A stretch of 64,000 nucleotides of DNA from the NCBI GenBank assembly GCA_026224875.1, contig JAMFRU010000089.1, forward strand, positions 50,259 through 114,258. The letters are read 5' to 3'. Both the position numbers and the translations under genes were made by a program. This DNA comes from Acidocella sp. GTDB lineage: Bacteria; Pseudomonadota; Alphaproteobacteria; Acetobacterales; Acetobacteraceae. Positions 63,098-64,000 of this stretch are shown one piece after another (position 1 is the stretch's first letter; each line of letters begins with the position of its first letter). The notes beneath the pieces were generated by a model, which did no database searches, was not told where the DNA came from, and worked only from the letters and a program-made list of their open reading frames with translations.

Positions 63098-64000
63098 ATG
63101 CCATCAAACACCGCTGCCAGCCCGCAAAACCGCCGCCTTGTTTCCGGCTGGCTGTTGCTGCTGGCTTTCATGATCTGGGTTATGGTCGGCATCGGCGGCT
63201 ATACGCGCGATACCGGTGCTGGCCTTTCGATCATGAACTGGGACCCGATCATGGGCACCCTGCCCCCGCTTTCGGATGCGGCGTGGAATGCGGTGTTCGC
63301 CAAATACCAGACCATCTCGCAGTATAAAATCCTGCACCAGGGCATGGATTTGTCCGGGTTCAAGCAGCTTTTCTGGCCGGAATATATCCACCGTCTCTGG
63401 GGCCGGCTCATGGGCGTGGTGCTGCTGCTCCCGCTGATTGCCTTCGCACTTACCGGCCGCATTGAGAAACGCCTCATCCCCTGGCTGGTGCTGCTGTTCA
63501 TCCTGGGCGGGCTGCAGGGCGCCATCGGCTGGTTCATGGTCTCCTCGGGTTTCTTCCCCAATTCCGTCGCGGTCGAACCCTGGCGTCTGTCGCTCCACTT
63601 TTTCGCCGCTATGTTCCTGCTCGGCGCGGTGCTGTGGACGGCGCTCAACGTGCGATCCCCGGAGGCCGCCCGCTATCCCGGTTGCAAGGGCATCAAACGC
63701 CTCACCATCGCGGCCCTGCATTTGCTGCTGCTCGCCATGTTCGGCGGCACTTTCGTCTCCGGCGTCCACGGCATCACCGCGTTTGACCCCGCGCACGGCA
63801 TCGGCACCGGCCAGCCGCCCGCGCATTGGCCGATGAGCGGCATTTTTACCGACACCGCCACCATTATCTTCGACCATCAGCTGCTCGCCGTGCTCGCCAC
63901 CCTGCTCATCCTCTGGGTCACTGTCCAGGCCCTGCGCCGCAACGCCCCCGCCCCGGTACGCGATGCGGCACTCATCGCCGGCGGGCTGGTGCTGCTGCAA
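63098..64000 (+). CDS. ctaA: Heme A synthase (COX15/CtaA), partial (runs off the right window edge)
   Basis: Absent from the ORF track because it has no stop in the window. AGGAG lies 7 nt before ATG 63098. 301 open codons read MPSNTAASPQNRRLVSGWLLLLAFMIWVMVGIGGYTRDTGAGLSIMNWDPIMGTLPPLSDAAWNAVFAKYQ...FKQLFWPEYIHRLWGRLMG. Confidence 0.85.
   Translation, partial: MPSNTAASPQNRRLVSGWLLLLAFMIWVMVGIGGYTRDTGAGLSIMNWDPIMGTLPPLSDAAWNAVFAKYQTISQYKILHQGMDLSGFKQLFWPEYIHRLWGRLMGVVLLLPLIAFALTGRIEKRLIPWLVLLFILGGLQGAIGWFMVSSGFFPNSVAVEPWRLSLHFFAAMFLLGAVLWTALNVRSPEAARYPGCKGIKRLTIAALHLLLLAMFGGTFVSGVHGITAFDPAHGIGTGQPPAHWPMSGIFTDTATIIFDHQLLAVLATLLILWVTVQALRRNAPAPVRDAALIAGGLVLLQ

Noticed and set aside
1-64000. 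CRISPR arrays, rRNA genes, prophage or conjugation genes, and recognisable anti-phage defence systems.
   Set aside because: I saw no regularly spaced direct repeats with unique spacers. I saw no rRNA-like conserved blocks and no integrase, terminase, relaxase, nuclease/helicase or reverse-transcriptase type ORFs in any frame. This was assessed by eye only.

Overview
High-GC (hand counts about 60-70 percent) alphaproteobacterial chromosome segment. Gene order suggests a Rhodospirillales/Acetobacteraceae-like organism: hemC-hemD-mic60-like-hemY, tyrC-hisC-chorismate mutase divergent from metXW, ftsEX, tsaD-rlmJ-gpsA. I cannot name the species. The window has two parts. (1) Positions 1 to about 24150 look accessory and mosaic. 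They hold a glycosyltransferase island whose left end drops to about 40-45 percent GC and contains a partial ORF missing from the supplied track. Next come a degenerate IS3-family transposase remnant, a TetR/KstD-like flavoprotein/SRPBCC/SnoaL module, and a 1.4 kb stretch of at least four unrelated gene fragments. Then comes an intact four-gene envelope module (DUF1302, DUF1329, Asp-box beta-propeller, RND/MMPL transporter), and a truncated Hint-domain gene sits at the edge. (2) Positions 24196 to 64000 are densely packed core housekeeping genes: plsC, ydcF-like, ftsXE, glmU, tyrC, hisC, chorismate mutase, metXW, a peptide-type ABC importer, hemY/mic60-like/hemD/hemC, tsaD, rlmJ, gpsA, ahcY, PCuAC/cytochrome c, folB, uvrC, pgi, a minimal two-component pair, tRNA-Gln, ispE, apaG, folE and a partial ctaA. 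My best candidate for a poorly understood system is the DUF1302/DUF1329/propeller/RND module at 16.5-23.4 kb. The second candidate is the TPR-glycosyltransferase island at 0-9.8 kb. Other points of interest: a family of GTCAT...ATGAC palindromic elements, one of which supplies the C-terminus and stop codon of tsaD; a perfect 20-bp palindrome overlapping a consensus -35 promoter of ahcY; DnaA boxes at the uvrC start; and at least nine short tandem duplications (11-35 bp). No CRISPR array, rRNA, prophage or recognisable defence system was seen. All calls come from reading the sequence and the ORF translations by eye; no database search was run.
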